A DNA stretch of 64,000 nt from a virus, in the IMG/VR virus record IMGVR_UViG_3300037502_003888, positions 1 to 64,000 of that record. One strand, given 5' to 3'. A program made the position numbers and the translations under genes. Under the pieces are notes generated by a model. That model was not told where the DNA came from and did not search any database. It saw only the letters and a program-made list of their open reading frames with translations. This document shows, one piece after another, positions 46,558 to 58,300 of this stretch. Each line of letters starts with the position of its first letter. Position 1 is the stretch's first letter.

Positions 46558-48192
46558 ATGAGCCAATACACGTTTAGTTTGCCTTCAACAGGTGGCACTG
46601 GTGGGTTTGATGCCATAGACAATCCCGCACCCACTGCAGCCACGGCCACTGAACTGGTATACACTGGCAATGATGAACTGGTGTGGGACAGGGTCAACAG
46701 CACTAGGTTGCGCCGCGGTCTCCCGGGACTGGCGGCCATTGGATACCCCAGGCCTGCGGTCAATCCCACGGTGGCTCCCGCAGGAGTAGAAACTTTTACA
46801 ATACAAGGTCCTCCGGGATTGACCGAGGCGCAGGCACGGCAGATTTTTGAACAGCAAAACCAAGCCGGTAGCCTGGTGGGATTACGGCCTGGCAACAACG
46901 TCAATGCCTTTACACAGGCCGCGGGCGGTCTGCCTGGAGCCATAGGACAAGTCTCGCAGGCATCAGCCGGGGTGGGCGGATACAGCTACGGAAGCCTCGG
47001 TGGTGTGTTGAACAGCAACGGCACATCCGCATCAGCCCTGGCACAAACCATTTCCAGTGGCCTCACGCCCACTGGGGCATCGGTGTTGACCGGGGTAACT
47101 GGTATCATCAGCAGCACGCCGGTGACCAATGGTATCAACACTGCTGACTTTGCGCTGCAGGCTCCGGCCGTGGCCAGCATCAGTGGTTTATCTGAGGTAG
47201 ACGTGAGATCCACCATGGCACAGGCCAGCAAATTAGCGGGGCAAGGTGCGGATGCTGTGAGCAACACCCTGGGCGTAGGCAAATACGGCATGGACGCCAC
47301 ACAGCTAGAAGCCGCGGGATTGGTCAAAGCTGGAACCGCTGCATCTTTCCTAGCACAAGGAGCCAATAGCCTGACTTCGGTACTGAGCAGTCCTGCTGTG
47401 TGGACGGGCAAAAACGGTGTCAACAGTTTGACTAATTTCTTGTCATCGCCCAGCAAGCAAGATCTCAGTTTTGAAAGCCTCATGAGCGCAGGGCTAGAAG
47501 CCCTCAAGGGACTGGGAGCGCCCCTGGCAGCACTGTCTCCGGGCAGTTTGGCCGGAGTGGCCATCAACGCAGCCAAGAGTGTGACTGATACCCTGTCCTG
47601 GGCCACAGGCGCCGCGCTGCCAGCCGGGGTCAAAAGCGCCTTTGATACCGCAGCACGCGACGGCAGCTACGCAGCCAACTTTGCACAGACCAAACTCAAT
47701 TACAGCATGCTGCAGGAAGCTCCGGCCCTGCCGGCCATACAGACCTGCGATCGACAGACCGTGGATGCTGCATCAGAACGCGTGGTGGGCAACGAAAAAG
47801 TACCCGAGGTCAGCTACACCGAACCGGTGCCTGAACTGGGAGTCAGCGAGCTTACTCGTAGATTCGGCAACGGTGTGTCTTTCCTGGAACGTGTCACTGA
47901 CGAAGCCCTGGCAGCAGCACGCTCAGCCAATCAAGCCATCGCTGCGGGCAATCCTGCTGGTGCATTTGAGTACATCAACCGATTGACCCTGCTGCAGGCA
48001 GATTTGTCAGCGGCCAGTGGCAAGTTCCTGGAACGCCAGCGCAACGCTGAGGCGCTGGATCCGCCGGCCACAGATCTCGCCAATCAATACACCAAACTGC
48101 GCGAAGAAGCCGAAAACTTTACCAAGACCATAGAAAATGTCATAGCCCAGTTGCGCGAGCGAGCCACAGCAGCAGCGGCTGCGACACCATAA
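46558..48192 (+). CDS. Baseplate-associated protein with a possibly degenerate lysozyme-like domain
   Basis: GVGKYGM...LEAAGLVK...WTGKNGVNSLTNFLSSPSKQ; lies between gp5 and gp25. Confidence 0.5.
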   Translation: MSQYTFSLPSTGGTGGFDAIDNPAPTAATATELVYTGNDELVWDRVNSTRLRRGLPGLAAIGYPRPAVNPTVAPAGVETFTIQGPPGLTEAQARQIFEQQNQAGSLVGLRPGNNVNAFTQAAGGLPGAIGQVSQASAGVGGYSYGSLGGVLNSNGTSASALAQTISSGLTPTGASVLTGVTGIISSTPVTNGINTADFALQAPAVASISGLSEVDVRSTMAQASKLAGQGADAVSNTLGVGKYGMDATQLEAAGLVKAGTAASFLAQGANSLTSVLSSPAVWTGKNGVNSLTNFLSSPSKQDLSFESLMSAGLEALKGLGAPLAALSPGSLAGVAINAAKSVTDTLSWATGAALPAGVKSAFDTAARDGSYAANFAQTKLNYSMLQEAPALPAIQTCDRQTVDAASERVVGNEKVPEVSYTEPVPELGVSELTRRFGNGVSFLERVTDEALAAARSANQAIAAGNPAGAFEYINRLTLLQADLSAASGKFLERQRNAEALDPPATDLANQYTKLREEAENFTKTIENVIAQLRERATAAAAATP

Positions 48193-48199
48193 GTACAGC

Positions 48200-48574
48200 A
48201 TGACCACCTTTATCGGTTTCAACACCATCAATCAGTTCAAGAAATTCACGCTGACTGATTTTGAGCTCATCAAGCGTGATCTCATCAATGCCTTTAACAT
48301 ACGCCAGGGTGAACTGCCCGGCAGGCCCAGTTACGGCACTGTGATGTGGGACTTCCTGTTTGAAAATCAGCTCAGCCAACTGCAGACTGACATCGAGCGC
48401 GAGATACAGCGTGTGGTGGGCGGCGATCCACGAGTGCAGGTCGATCAGCTGGTGGTTTATCCACAAGAAAACGGCATCCTGGTACAGCTGGAAGTCAGCA
48501 CGGTCAATGGCGTAAATGCTGAAATACTCAGTGTATTTTTTGATCTGCAGACGCGCCAAGCCAGTTACATCTAA
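48200..48574 (+). CDS. gp25: Baseplate wedge subunit
   Basis: LIKRDLINAFNIRQGE..GRPSYGT.MWDFLFE, DPRV; TAAGTA variant promoter at 48190-48195. Confidence 0.9.
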   Translation: MTTFIGFNTINQFKKFTLTDFELIKRDLINAFNIRQGELPGRPSYGTVMWDFLFENQLSQLQTDIEREIQRVVGGDPRVQVDQLVVYPQENGILVQLEVSTVNGVNAEILSVFFDLQTRQASYI

Positions 48575-48625
48575 ACTGCGCGGTTTTTAGCCAAAATAAA
48601 TAATCCATACACAAGGCGATGACCC

Positions 48626-51600
48626 ATGGCAGAGACCACTAGACAGACCGCGATATTTGGGGTAGAAGACTGGAAACAGATCTACCAGACCTATCGCGAA
48701 GCCGATTTCCAGAGCTATGATTTTGAAACTCTGCGCAAAAGTTTTGTTGATTATCTCCGCCTCTACTATCCCGAGACTTTCAATGACTACATCGAAAGTT
48801 CAGAATTCATTGCTCTCTTGGATGTCATAGCATTCATGGGCCAGAGCCTGGCCTTCAGGACTGATCTCAACACACGAGAAAACTACATCGACACCGCAGA
48901 ACGTCGGGACAGCGTGGTGCGCTTGGCCAACCTAGTGAGTTACACTGCCAAACGCAATACCTCAGCCGAAGGATTCCTCAAGGTATTCAATGTCAGCACC
49001 ACAGAAAATGTAGTGGATTACAACGGGGTGAACCTCAGCAATGTCACCGTGGATTGGAATGATCCCACGAACCCCGACTGGCAAGAGCAGTTCACTGCCA
49101 TCATCAATGCAGCGATGGTCAACAGCCAGAAAGTGGGTCGCCCCGGCAATCGCCAGACCATACTGGGTGTGCGCACCGACGAATATGCCATTAACCTGGT
49201 ACCAGGATTCCTGCCAGTGATACCCTACAGCTCTGTGGTGGATGGTATCAACATGCCGTTTGAAGCCATGAGTTCCAGCACCGTGGGTGAGAACTATGTG
49301 TATGAAACCGCGCCCCGAGCAGGCAGCGCTTTCAACATGCTTTACCGTGATGATCAGTTGGGATTTGCCAGTGCTGACACCGGATACTTCTTTTTGTTCA
49401 AGCAAGGCACCCTGCAGAATCAAGATTTCAATCTAGCAGAGCGCATAGCCAATCGCACAGTTGACATCAACATCGAAGGTATCAACAATCAAGACCGTTG
49501 GTTGTTCCAACTGGACGACGTGGGCACAGTGAATCGCGAGTGGCAATTTGTAGAAAACATCTATGCCGCAGCAGCCGAACAGAACCAGCAGTTGCGTCCT
49601 ATCTACAGCGTGACCAGCCGCAGCAATGATCAGATCACTTTGGTGTTTGGTGATGGTGTGTTCAGCGAGATCCCTGTGGGTACCTTCCGGGCCTATGTGC
49701 GAGCCAGCAATGGTCTGCAGTACATCATCAACCCCGAAGAGATGCAGAACGTAGTGCTGCCCATCAGCTACATCAGCCGCAACGGCAATCTCGAGACCAT
49801 CACGTTTACCTGTGGTATCACTCGCCCGGTCAGCAACAGCCAGTCCCGCGAAAGTCTCGATGCCATCAAGCAACGTGCTCCAGCCAGATACTACACACAA
49901 AATCGCATGGTCAATGGCGAGGACTACAATCTGTTTCCGTTCACGGCCTACAACAGCATCATCAAGAGCAAGGCCCTGAATCGTGCCAGTATCGGGACCA
50001 GTCGATATCTAGATCTTGTAGACAACACCGGCAAGTACAGCAGCACCAATATCTTTGGCAGTGATGGTGGACTGTGGCGCAACGATATCACGCCCACTAT
50101 ACTGTTCAGTTGGACCAATCGCAACGAGATATCAGATCTCCTCAGCAACCAAGTGGTTCCGGGACTGGCCCAGGCCGTGGTGAATCAATTCTACTATGCC
50201 AATTTTCCACGCAAGCTGGTCAATCTCTTGGACTTCAGTTGTTCGGCCACATATTCTGGGGTCACCAGCGGCACAGTGGAAACCACCAGCACAGACTTCG
50301 CACGCTATGCACAAGTGGGAGACACAGTGGTATTCACCGGCACTGTGGCCGGCGGACTCATAGCAGATCTCACCTACTTCATACGATCCATATCCACGGT
50401 CACTACACAGACACCGTCGGGACCCACATACACCACAAATTTTTCTGTGAGCACTGCAGTGAATGGTGACCCCATAGTTCTCACCAGTACCGTGGCCACT
50501 ATGCCAGCCACGCTGACCCTCAGCACTGCCAACACCACATGGCAACAGAGCACCACGCTGGCCAACGAAACCACAGGTTACTTCGAAAACTCCGCAGGTG
50601 CGCCTATCAGCGTAGGTAGCACTGTGACCACAGTGTTTGAGTTCGTGGCTGTGGGTTCGTTGATACGTTTCATACCACCCACGGGTTACTTTTTTGATCG
50701 CAACAACAGACTGCAGGTAGGCACGCCCACGAGGCCCGACGAGCGCCTTGAGATCTGGGCTGCACCGCAGCGTGTGGTGGGCGATGGCAGCAACGATGGG
50801 CAAGGCAATCTCGATGATGGGTCGGGTCCAGTTACACTCAACAACTTTGTGCCCACTGGAGCCATAGTAGACACCATCATACCTCTGTTCATCACAGATA
50901 TTCCGCTGTCGGTGCAGTCACTGATGGCCGAACAGATTGAGTTGTTTCGCAACTTTGGCATAGGCTACGACAACGACGGCAGCATCACTGGCACACCTTA
51001 CAGCTGGTATATCATCACCAGCACCAATCTAGCCCAAGATGCTCCCTGGAGCCAGGCCTTTGCTGGCAATACTTCAGGCACCAACAAAGATGCATCATGG
51101 ATGGTACAGTTCATAGTCCAGAACCAAAACTACACTGTGAGCTTCCGTGGTCTGGCCTACTACTTCGGATCAGTGCTGCAGACGAGATTTTTCTACTATG
51201 ATGGCGGACAGATCTACGACAGTCGCACTGGCACAGTGATCCGCGACTATATCAATGTGTTGGCCGTGAACACCCAGCCCGACAGCACTGAAAATTTGCG
51301 CAGCGATATCTTCATGACCATCACTGGACAACCGGTAGAGAGTGATGGCTATGTGGATGACTTCCAGGTGCTGGTGGGATTCCGCGACAGCGACAACGAT
51401 GGTGTGCCGGACAATCCTGACTTTTTTGATGAGATCGTGGCGCCGGATGCCAATCCCACTGACAAGCTGGTGTTCTTCCAGCGCATCGTGGATTTTGACA
51501 ATCTCCAGAGATATGTGTTGGTCGAACCCGACGTGGTCAACACCGATTATGCCACACTGGACGATGTGGAGTTGGTGAAATCTGAATGGTCACCAGGACA

Positions 51601-52345
51601 AGTTTTCTATGTGTATGATGAGGGTCTGTTCTATAGACTGCAGCTCACAGTGACTGGCACCAGAGAATTGGTACCGCAGACTGATTACATAAGCCGCACT
51701 GGCCGACAGGCTCTGTATTTCCAATATCGGCACAACAGTCCGCTCACGAGCCGCATAGATCCTGGCACCACCAACATCATCGATCTCTACGTGGTCACAC
51801 AAGAATACTACACCAGCTATCAGAATTGGTTGCGAGACACCACTGGCACAGTGTTGGAACCAAACCAGCCCACTATCAATGATCTCAGCACTGCCTATCA
51901 GGGACTACAGGACTACAAGATGATTTCTGACAACATCGTTGTAAACTCCGTGACATTCAAACCTTTGTTTGGAGCCAAGGCCGAACCCACACTGAGAGCC
52001 ACGATCAAAGTCATACGTGCCCAAAACAGCGTGGCCAGTGTCACAGAGATCAAGAGTTCAGTGTTGGCAGAAATGAACAGTTATTTCAGCATAGACAAGT
52101 GGAACTTCGGTGATACGTTCTACTTCAGTGAACTCGCTGCATATCTGCACAGGACTCTAGGAACCATAATCAGTTCGGTGGTGCTGGTTCCCTTGGATCC
52201 AGCCAAGAGCTTTGGCGATCTATACGAGATACGCAGTCAGCCCAATGAGATATTTGCCAATGCTGCCACAGTGGACAACATTGACGTGATCGAAGCGCTG
52301 ACCAGCACCAATCTGCGCACAGCACCTGGCAGCGGAGTAATCTAA
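48626..52345 (+). CDS. gp6: Baseplate wedge subunit
   Basis: FNDYIESSEFIALLD, SVVRLANLVSY, FGDGVFSEIP, ESLDAIKQRAP..YYTQNRMVNGEDY; TAAATA at 48597-48602. Confidence 0.88.
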   Translation: MAETTRQTAIFGVEDWKQIYQTYREADFQSYDFETLRKSFVDYLRLYYPETFNDYIESSEFIALLDVIAFMGQSLAFRTDLNTRENYIDTAERRDSVVRLANLVSYTAKRNTSAEGFLKVFNVSTTENVVDYNGVNLSNVTVDWNDPTNPDWQEQFTAIINAAMVNSQKVGRPGNRQTILGVRTDEYAINLVPGFLPVIPYSSVVDGINMPFEAMSSSTVGENYVYETAPRAGSAFNMLYRDDQLGFASADTGYFFLFKQGTLQNQDFNLAERIANRTVDINIEGINNQDRWLFQLDDVGTVNREWQFVENIYAAAAEQNQQLRPIYSVTSRSNDQITLVFGDGVFSEIPVGTFRAYVRASNGLQYIINPEEMQNVVLPISYISRNGNLETITFTCGITRPVSNSQSRESLDAIKQRAPARYYTQNRMVNGEDYNLFPFTAYNSIIKSKALNRASIGTSRYLDLVDNTGKYSSTNIFGSDGGLWRNDITPTILFSWTNRNEISDLLSNQVVPGLAQAVVNQFYYANFPRKLVNLLDFSCSATYSGVTSGTVETTSTDFARYAQVGDTVVFTGTVAGGLIADLTYFIRSISTVTTQTPSGPTYTTNFSVSTAVNGDPIVLTSTVATMPATLTLSTANTTWQQSTTLANETTGYFENSAGAPISVGSTVTTVFEFVAVGSLIRFIPPTGYFFDRNNRLQVGTPTRPDERLEIWAAPQRVVGDGSNDGQGNLDDGSGPVTLNNFVPTGAIVDTIIPLFITDIPLSVQSLMAEQIELFRNFGIGYDNDGSITGTPYSWYIITSTNLAQDAPWSQAFAGNTSGTNKDASWMVQFIVQNQNYTVSFRGLAYYFGSVLQTRFFYYDGGQIYDSRTGTVIRDYINVLAVNTQPDSTENLRSDIFMTITGQPVESDGYVDDFQVLVGFRDSDNDGVPDNPDFFDEIVAPDANPTDKLVFFQRIVDFDNLQRYVLVEPDVVNTDYATLDDVELVKSEWSPGQVFYVYDEGLFYRLQLTVTGTRELVPQTDYISRTGRQALYFQYRHNSPLTSRIDPGTTNIIDLYVVTQEYYTSYQNWLRDTTGTVLEPNQPTINDLSTAYQGLQDYKMISDNIVVNSVTFKPLFGAKAEPTLRATIKVIRAQNSVASVTEIKSSVLAEMNSYFSIDKWNFGDTFYFSELAAYLHRTLGTIISSVVLVPLDPAKSFGDLYEIRSQPNEIFANAATVDNIDVIEALTSTNLRTAPGSGVI

Positions 52346-55300
52346 TGGCACGCGTGAGATCAGTAGACTTCCTACCACAGATTTTCCAGACCGACACCAA
52401 TCGACAGTTCCTGGCGGCCACGCTAGACACGCTGACACAGGAACCTCAGTTCAAGAAAACCCAAGGCTACATCGGCCGGCGTGTGGGCCCGGGAGTAGAC
52501 CCCAACGACGTCTATGTGATCGAACCCGACAAGACGCGCACTGATTACCAGCTGGAAGCCGGCATCGTTAGCCTGGTGCCTGACACCAATGAGATCAAAG
52601 ATCTCATGACCTATCCCGGCCTAGCCGACGCGATATCGTATCAAGGCGGCGATGGATCACGATCAGATCGTCTCTATGAAAGTGATTATTACTGCTGGGA
52701 CCCGTTTGTTGATTTTGACACTCTAGTGAACTTCAATCAGTATTACTGGGTGCCCAACGGTCCTGATGTAGTAGATGTATCGGCCACGCCTATCCCAGCC
52801 ACTGAACAATTCACTGTGAATCGTGCCAACGGCGTCTATACTGTGCCCGGGCAGAGTGGACCGAATCCCACGATCACATTGGTACGTGGTGGCAGCTATA
52901 CCTTCAGCGTGGCACAGAATCGTGTGGAGACCATCAACTTCCGGGTGCAAAATCAAGGCGTATCGGCGTACCTCATCGATCGCCAGCCCAATCCTGCACT
53001 GACTCTGATACGCGGCAATACCTATGTGTTCCAGCTGAATCTGCGCGATAACTTCCCGTTCTGGATCAAGACCTTGCCCACACTGGGCGAAGCCGATGCC
53101 TATGATCAAGGAGTGCTGCGCAACGGTGCTGTGACTGGCAGTATCACTTTCACAGTGCCACAGGATGCACCAGATCAACTGTATTATACCAGCCAAAACA
53201 ACATCAGTTTGCAGGGCACCATCAATGTGGTGAATGGTCAGAGCGGCACAGGATCGGGATTCTGGATCCAGACAGCCCCGGGAGTGTCGGGCACATTGCC
53301 GGCCTATCCCAACATCAGCAGTCGCGATGTGCTGGGAGTACAGAACAACGGCATAGATCTCGGCCAGGTAGTGTTCAATGTTCCGCGCGTGACCGCACAG
53401 CAGTTCTACTACAATCTACCCAACTTTACCGTGGGCGTGGATCTCCTGACAGATCTAAAGTTTGACGAGATCAACAATCAACCCTTGTTGGAGTTCATAG
53501 CTCGTACCGGCGGCATCGATGGCATCACCAATCTCATTGGTAGGACCTTGGTGTTTTCGACTCCCATCATCAGTCCCGAAGCCGGAGGGTGGTTCCGTGA
53601 AACGCTGTATGATCCCTTGGATCCCACACAGGCCAACAACGATCTAGCAGGCAGCTATGACAGTTTGCCCTATGATCTCACCACGGTGATCCCGGCAGAA
53701 GATCGTCGCCAGCTCTGGCAGATCAGTACCATAACCAGCAACGGCATCGCATACATCCAGCTAGAGAAAATTTCCAACATACCTGATCTGCACAAGTTTC
53801 CCATACGATTTGGTACAGTGTACAGCAACACAGTGTGGTACAAAACGCAGACACAGGATCTCGAGCGTGTGCCTCTGCTGTCGGCTGCCAGTGATACCTT
53901 GTACTATCAGGATGGCACTGATCCAGAAATTTATGGTGTGATCAAACTGGTGGATGGCAACATCAACCAGGTGCTGTTTATCGACCAGATCGAAGGACAA
54001 TCACAGTATACCAGCCCCAACGGTGTGGTGTTCACCAACGGTCTCAAGGTCAAGTTTACCGGCGATGTGGTGCCAGCCAATTATGCCAGCGGCACGGTCA
54101 CGGTGGTGTGTACCAGCACACAGGCCGACATCAACGCCATCACTACCTACAGCACTGATATACTGTATCCCAATCAACAAATAGTGTTCACTAGTCCCAC
54201 AGTGGGTGGTCTCCAGCCTGGCATCACCTACTATGTAGGCACCATAATCAATGAACTCCAGTTCACTGTGACTTTGGTACCCAACGGTGCCGACGTCGTC
54301 CTGCAGGATGGCAGTATCGCGCAGATGATCGGCACTGCTATCAATGATCGCCAATACTATGTGTCAGGTGTGGGCAGCAGCATCCGTCTGTTGCCTGTGA
54401 CTGATTTCGTGACACCTGAAGAATACGTAGAGACCGAAGATCCCGATGGCAGCACAGTGACCACACAGCCCAATCTGCCTGATTATATTACCATAGATCG
54501 GGCCAGCATAGATCTCAACGCCTGGAGCCGCAGCAATCGCTGGTTCCACAAAGATGTCTTGGTGGCCACTGCCACCTACAACGACACCGAGATCAGTCTG
54601 CCCAATGAATATCGTGGCCGTAGGCCGATCCTGCAGTTCCGTCCAGGCATACGCTTGTGGAACATGGGCACACGCGGCAAGCAGCCAGTGAACATCATAG
54701 ATTTCCAAGAGACTGATGCCTTCAGTGACATCGAAGGCAGTTTGTCTTACAGCACCGATGGCTATGCGCTTGAAAACGGCAGCCGAGTGATATTTGCCGC
54801 AGACATAGACCCCGAAGTGCGCAACAAGATCTATCAGGTAGAATTCATCACCCCCGACAGCATACCTGATCTCATCGCACAACCCATCATACATCTGCGT
54901 TTGGCCGATGATGGTCTAGTGCTGGCCGATGACAGCACTGTGTGTCTCAATGGCGACACTCTCAAAGGCGTGACATTCTGGTACGACGGTGATCGATGGA
55001 TACGCAGCCAGCAAAAGACAAGCATACAACAAGCCCCGTTGTACAATGTCTATGACCTGCAGGGTCGCAGTTTCGGTGACAGCACTGTGTATCCCAGCAC
55101 CAACTTTGCCGGCAGCAAACTGTTTAGCTATGCGCTGACATCATCGAGCCAAGTGGATCCGGTGCTGCAGTTGCCGTTGCAATATCGCAACATAGCCAAC
55201 ATCGGCGACATCGTGTTTGACAACAATCTCTACAGTGATTCATTTATCTATACATTGAATCGCGTGAGCCAGACCGTGCCCATCAGCACCGGTACTGTGC

Positions 55301-58300
55301 GTGAATACAGCAGCCGCACCCAGTATCGTAGACAGCTGGGCTGGCAGACCGCAGCCACTACCAGCAAGGTTTACCAGCAGTTCCGGTTCACCTACAACGG
55401 ACAGGATCTGGTGCTGGACGTCCGGGCACAGGACGTGGTCACGGTACCCAGCATCAAGATCTACGTGGAAAACGTGTTTGTTGATCCCAGTCAGTACAAC
55501 TACACACGCACCAACAACAGCACCACTATTACTTTTGCCGACGGCGTGGCCACGGGCAGCTTGGTAGAAGTACTGGTGTTGAGCGCACAGACCAGCAACG
55601 TGGCTTTCCGACAAGTACCGTTGAATCTCGAAAACAATCCTTTCAACGCCAACAGCGACAGCTTTACCCTGGGCACAGTGCGCCAGCACTATGATAACCT
55701 CTGTGAGAATCTCACGAATCTCCAGGGCGAGATCAACGGAGCCAACAACACCCGTGACCTAGGCAACATCGTGCCATTTGGCTTGACCATCCTGCAGCAG
55801 AGTTCGCCCCTGACCCTGGCTGGCTACTTCCTCAGGGATCCGGGTTATGACTTTTTCCAGGCCCTGATTTACAACAGCCGAGAGTATACCAAGTACAAGA
55901 ATCTAATTCTGGACAATGTCACGCAGCAAGAACTGCAGTTCCAGACTGCGGCAGAGATCCTAGACACAGCCATAGAGAATCTCACCCAGGGACGCGTCAG
56001 CAATCAGCCGTTCTACTGGAGTGACATGTTGCCGTCGGGCGCAGTGTACACCGAGACAGTGTACACAGTGACCAATATCACCACCAATACTTTTGACACC
56101 ACCCAGGTCTATGATTACGACACTGCCAACTATCTGGGTCTCAATGTCTACTTCCAGGATACCATACTGATTCGTGGACTTGACTACACAGTCAGTACCG
56201 ATGCTCCGCAGATCACTGTGTTGTTTCCCCTGGCCGTAGGCGATCAGATCGTGCTGCGTGAATACGCCACTACCTATGGCAGCTTCTGTCCCAACACCCC
56301 TACCAAGCTGGGACTGTATCCAGCCTGGCGCCCTGACATCATCACAGTGCAGGGCAGTTTTGGACCCACACAGGTCATACGCGGACACGACGGCAGCCAG
56401 ACGCCGCTGTTCAATGACCTACGTGACGATGTGTTGCTGGAATTTGAGCGCAGGATCTACAACAATCTCAAGCTAGACAACAATCCTGTGCCCTTGACCA
56501 TAACAGATGTGTTGCCAGGACAGTTCCGTGAAACTGGTTACAGTTTCTCTGAGATCAACACTTTGCTGAATCAGGATTTCCTGAGCTATCTGGCCTGGAA
56601 CAAGCTGGATTATCGCACGCAGGATTATCGTGCTGACAACGAATTTACCTGGAATTACAGCACTGCCAAGAGCAAACTAGATAACCGCAATCTCCTGGGT
56701 GCCTGGCGTGGTATCAATCGTTACTACTACGACACTGAACAACCCGAAAGCACGCCCTGGGAGATGCTGGGATTCACCGTGGAACCGGACTGGTGGCAAG
56801 ACAACTACGGTGCGGCTCCCTACACACAGAACAACTTGGTGTTGTGGGATGATCTAGCAGCCGGCGTGGTGCGCGATCCTGCAGGCGTGTATATCCGTCC
56901 GCAATACGCAAGGCCCGGATTGCAACAAGTTATCCCCACAGGCGATCAAGGTCAGTTGTTGAGCCCATTTGATTCAGTGGTGGGCACCTATGACAGCACA
57001 CAATTCCGGCGCAGCTGGAGCCTGGGCGACGGCAGTCCTGTGGAAAGCAGCTGGTATAACAGCAGCAGCTATCCTTTTGCAGTGATGCGTGTGTTGGCCC
57101 TAACGAGACCCGCTAAATTTTTCGCGCTGTTTGCAGACCGCGATCTCTACAAGTATGACAATGAATTCGGTCAGTACCTGTTGAACCAGCGCTATCGCTT
57201 GGATGCCAATGGAGTGCAGGTCTATGGCGATGGTGTCAGCAAGGCCAGCTACATCAACTGGATCGTGGATTACAATCGCCAGACCGGCATCAACAGCACT
57301 GACATCTTGGAAACCGATCTAGCCAACCTAGACGTGCGCCTGTGCTACCGCATGGCCAGCTTCAGTGACAAAAAACTCATCCAGGTCTACACCGACCGGG
57401 CCACACCTGCTGGGACCAACAACACCCTGTTGCTGCCGGATCAGAGCTACAATCTCCTGTTGTACAAAAACCAACCATTTTCCCGTGCCAGCTACAGCAG
57501 CGTGATCATACAAAATGTGCCGGGTGGTTACGCTGTGTTTGGTTATAGCACCACACAGCCTTTCTTCAATGTGCAGACATCTGTCACCAATGGACAACTA
57601 GACACCATTGGTGTGGGTTCGGTCCGGGTCCGAGTGCCCACGCTGTACCTCAACAAAGTGACCCAGGTACCCTATGGTTTCATATTCCGGGATCGCACCA
57701 GCGTGGTGGATTTCTTGTTGAGCTATGGAGAATTCCTCACACGCCAGGGCCTAACATTTGACAGCATCGAAAATGGTTATGTGCTGGACTGGCGCCAGAT
57801 GGCCGTGGAGTTCTTGTACTGGAGCCAGCAGGGTTGGGCAGAAAACACAGTGATCTCTATCAATCCCTTGGCCCTGCGCATGAGTGTCACACGGCCTGGA
57901 GCTGTGGTAGACAGCATCAATGTGCAGACCATAGAAAGCCTCTTGTTGGATCAGAATCGGCGCCAGTTCCCCACGCGCAATCTCGACATCGTGCGGCTGG
58001 AAAATACCTTTACTGTACGCCCCTTGACCGATCAAGTATTGAGTTACATTGATCTCAAATACACCAGCTTTGAACATGTCATCGTGTTGAACAATGCCAG
58101 TGAATTTGGAGATCTCATCTATGATCCCATCACCGGTGCTCGCCAAAGCCGATTGAATCTAGTGGCTGTGACCACCTCAGGCTGGAACGGCAGCATAGAT
58201 ACCCCAGGTTTCATACTCAACACTCCCACAGTGCAAGACTGGGATCGCACCAGGATCTATGCCAAGGGCGAGATTGTTCGCTACAAAGGTGCTTTCTGGA

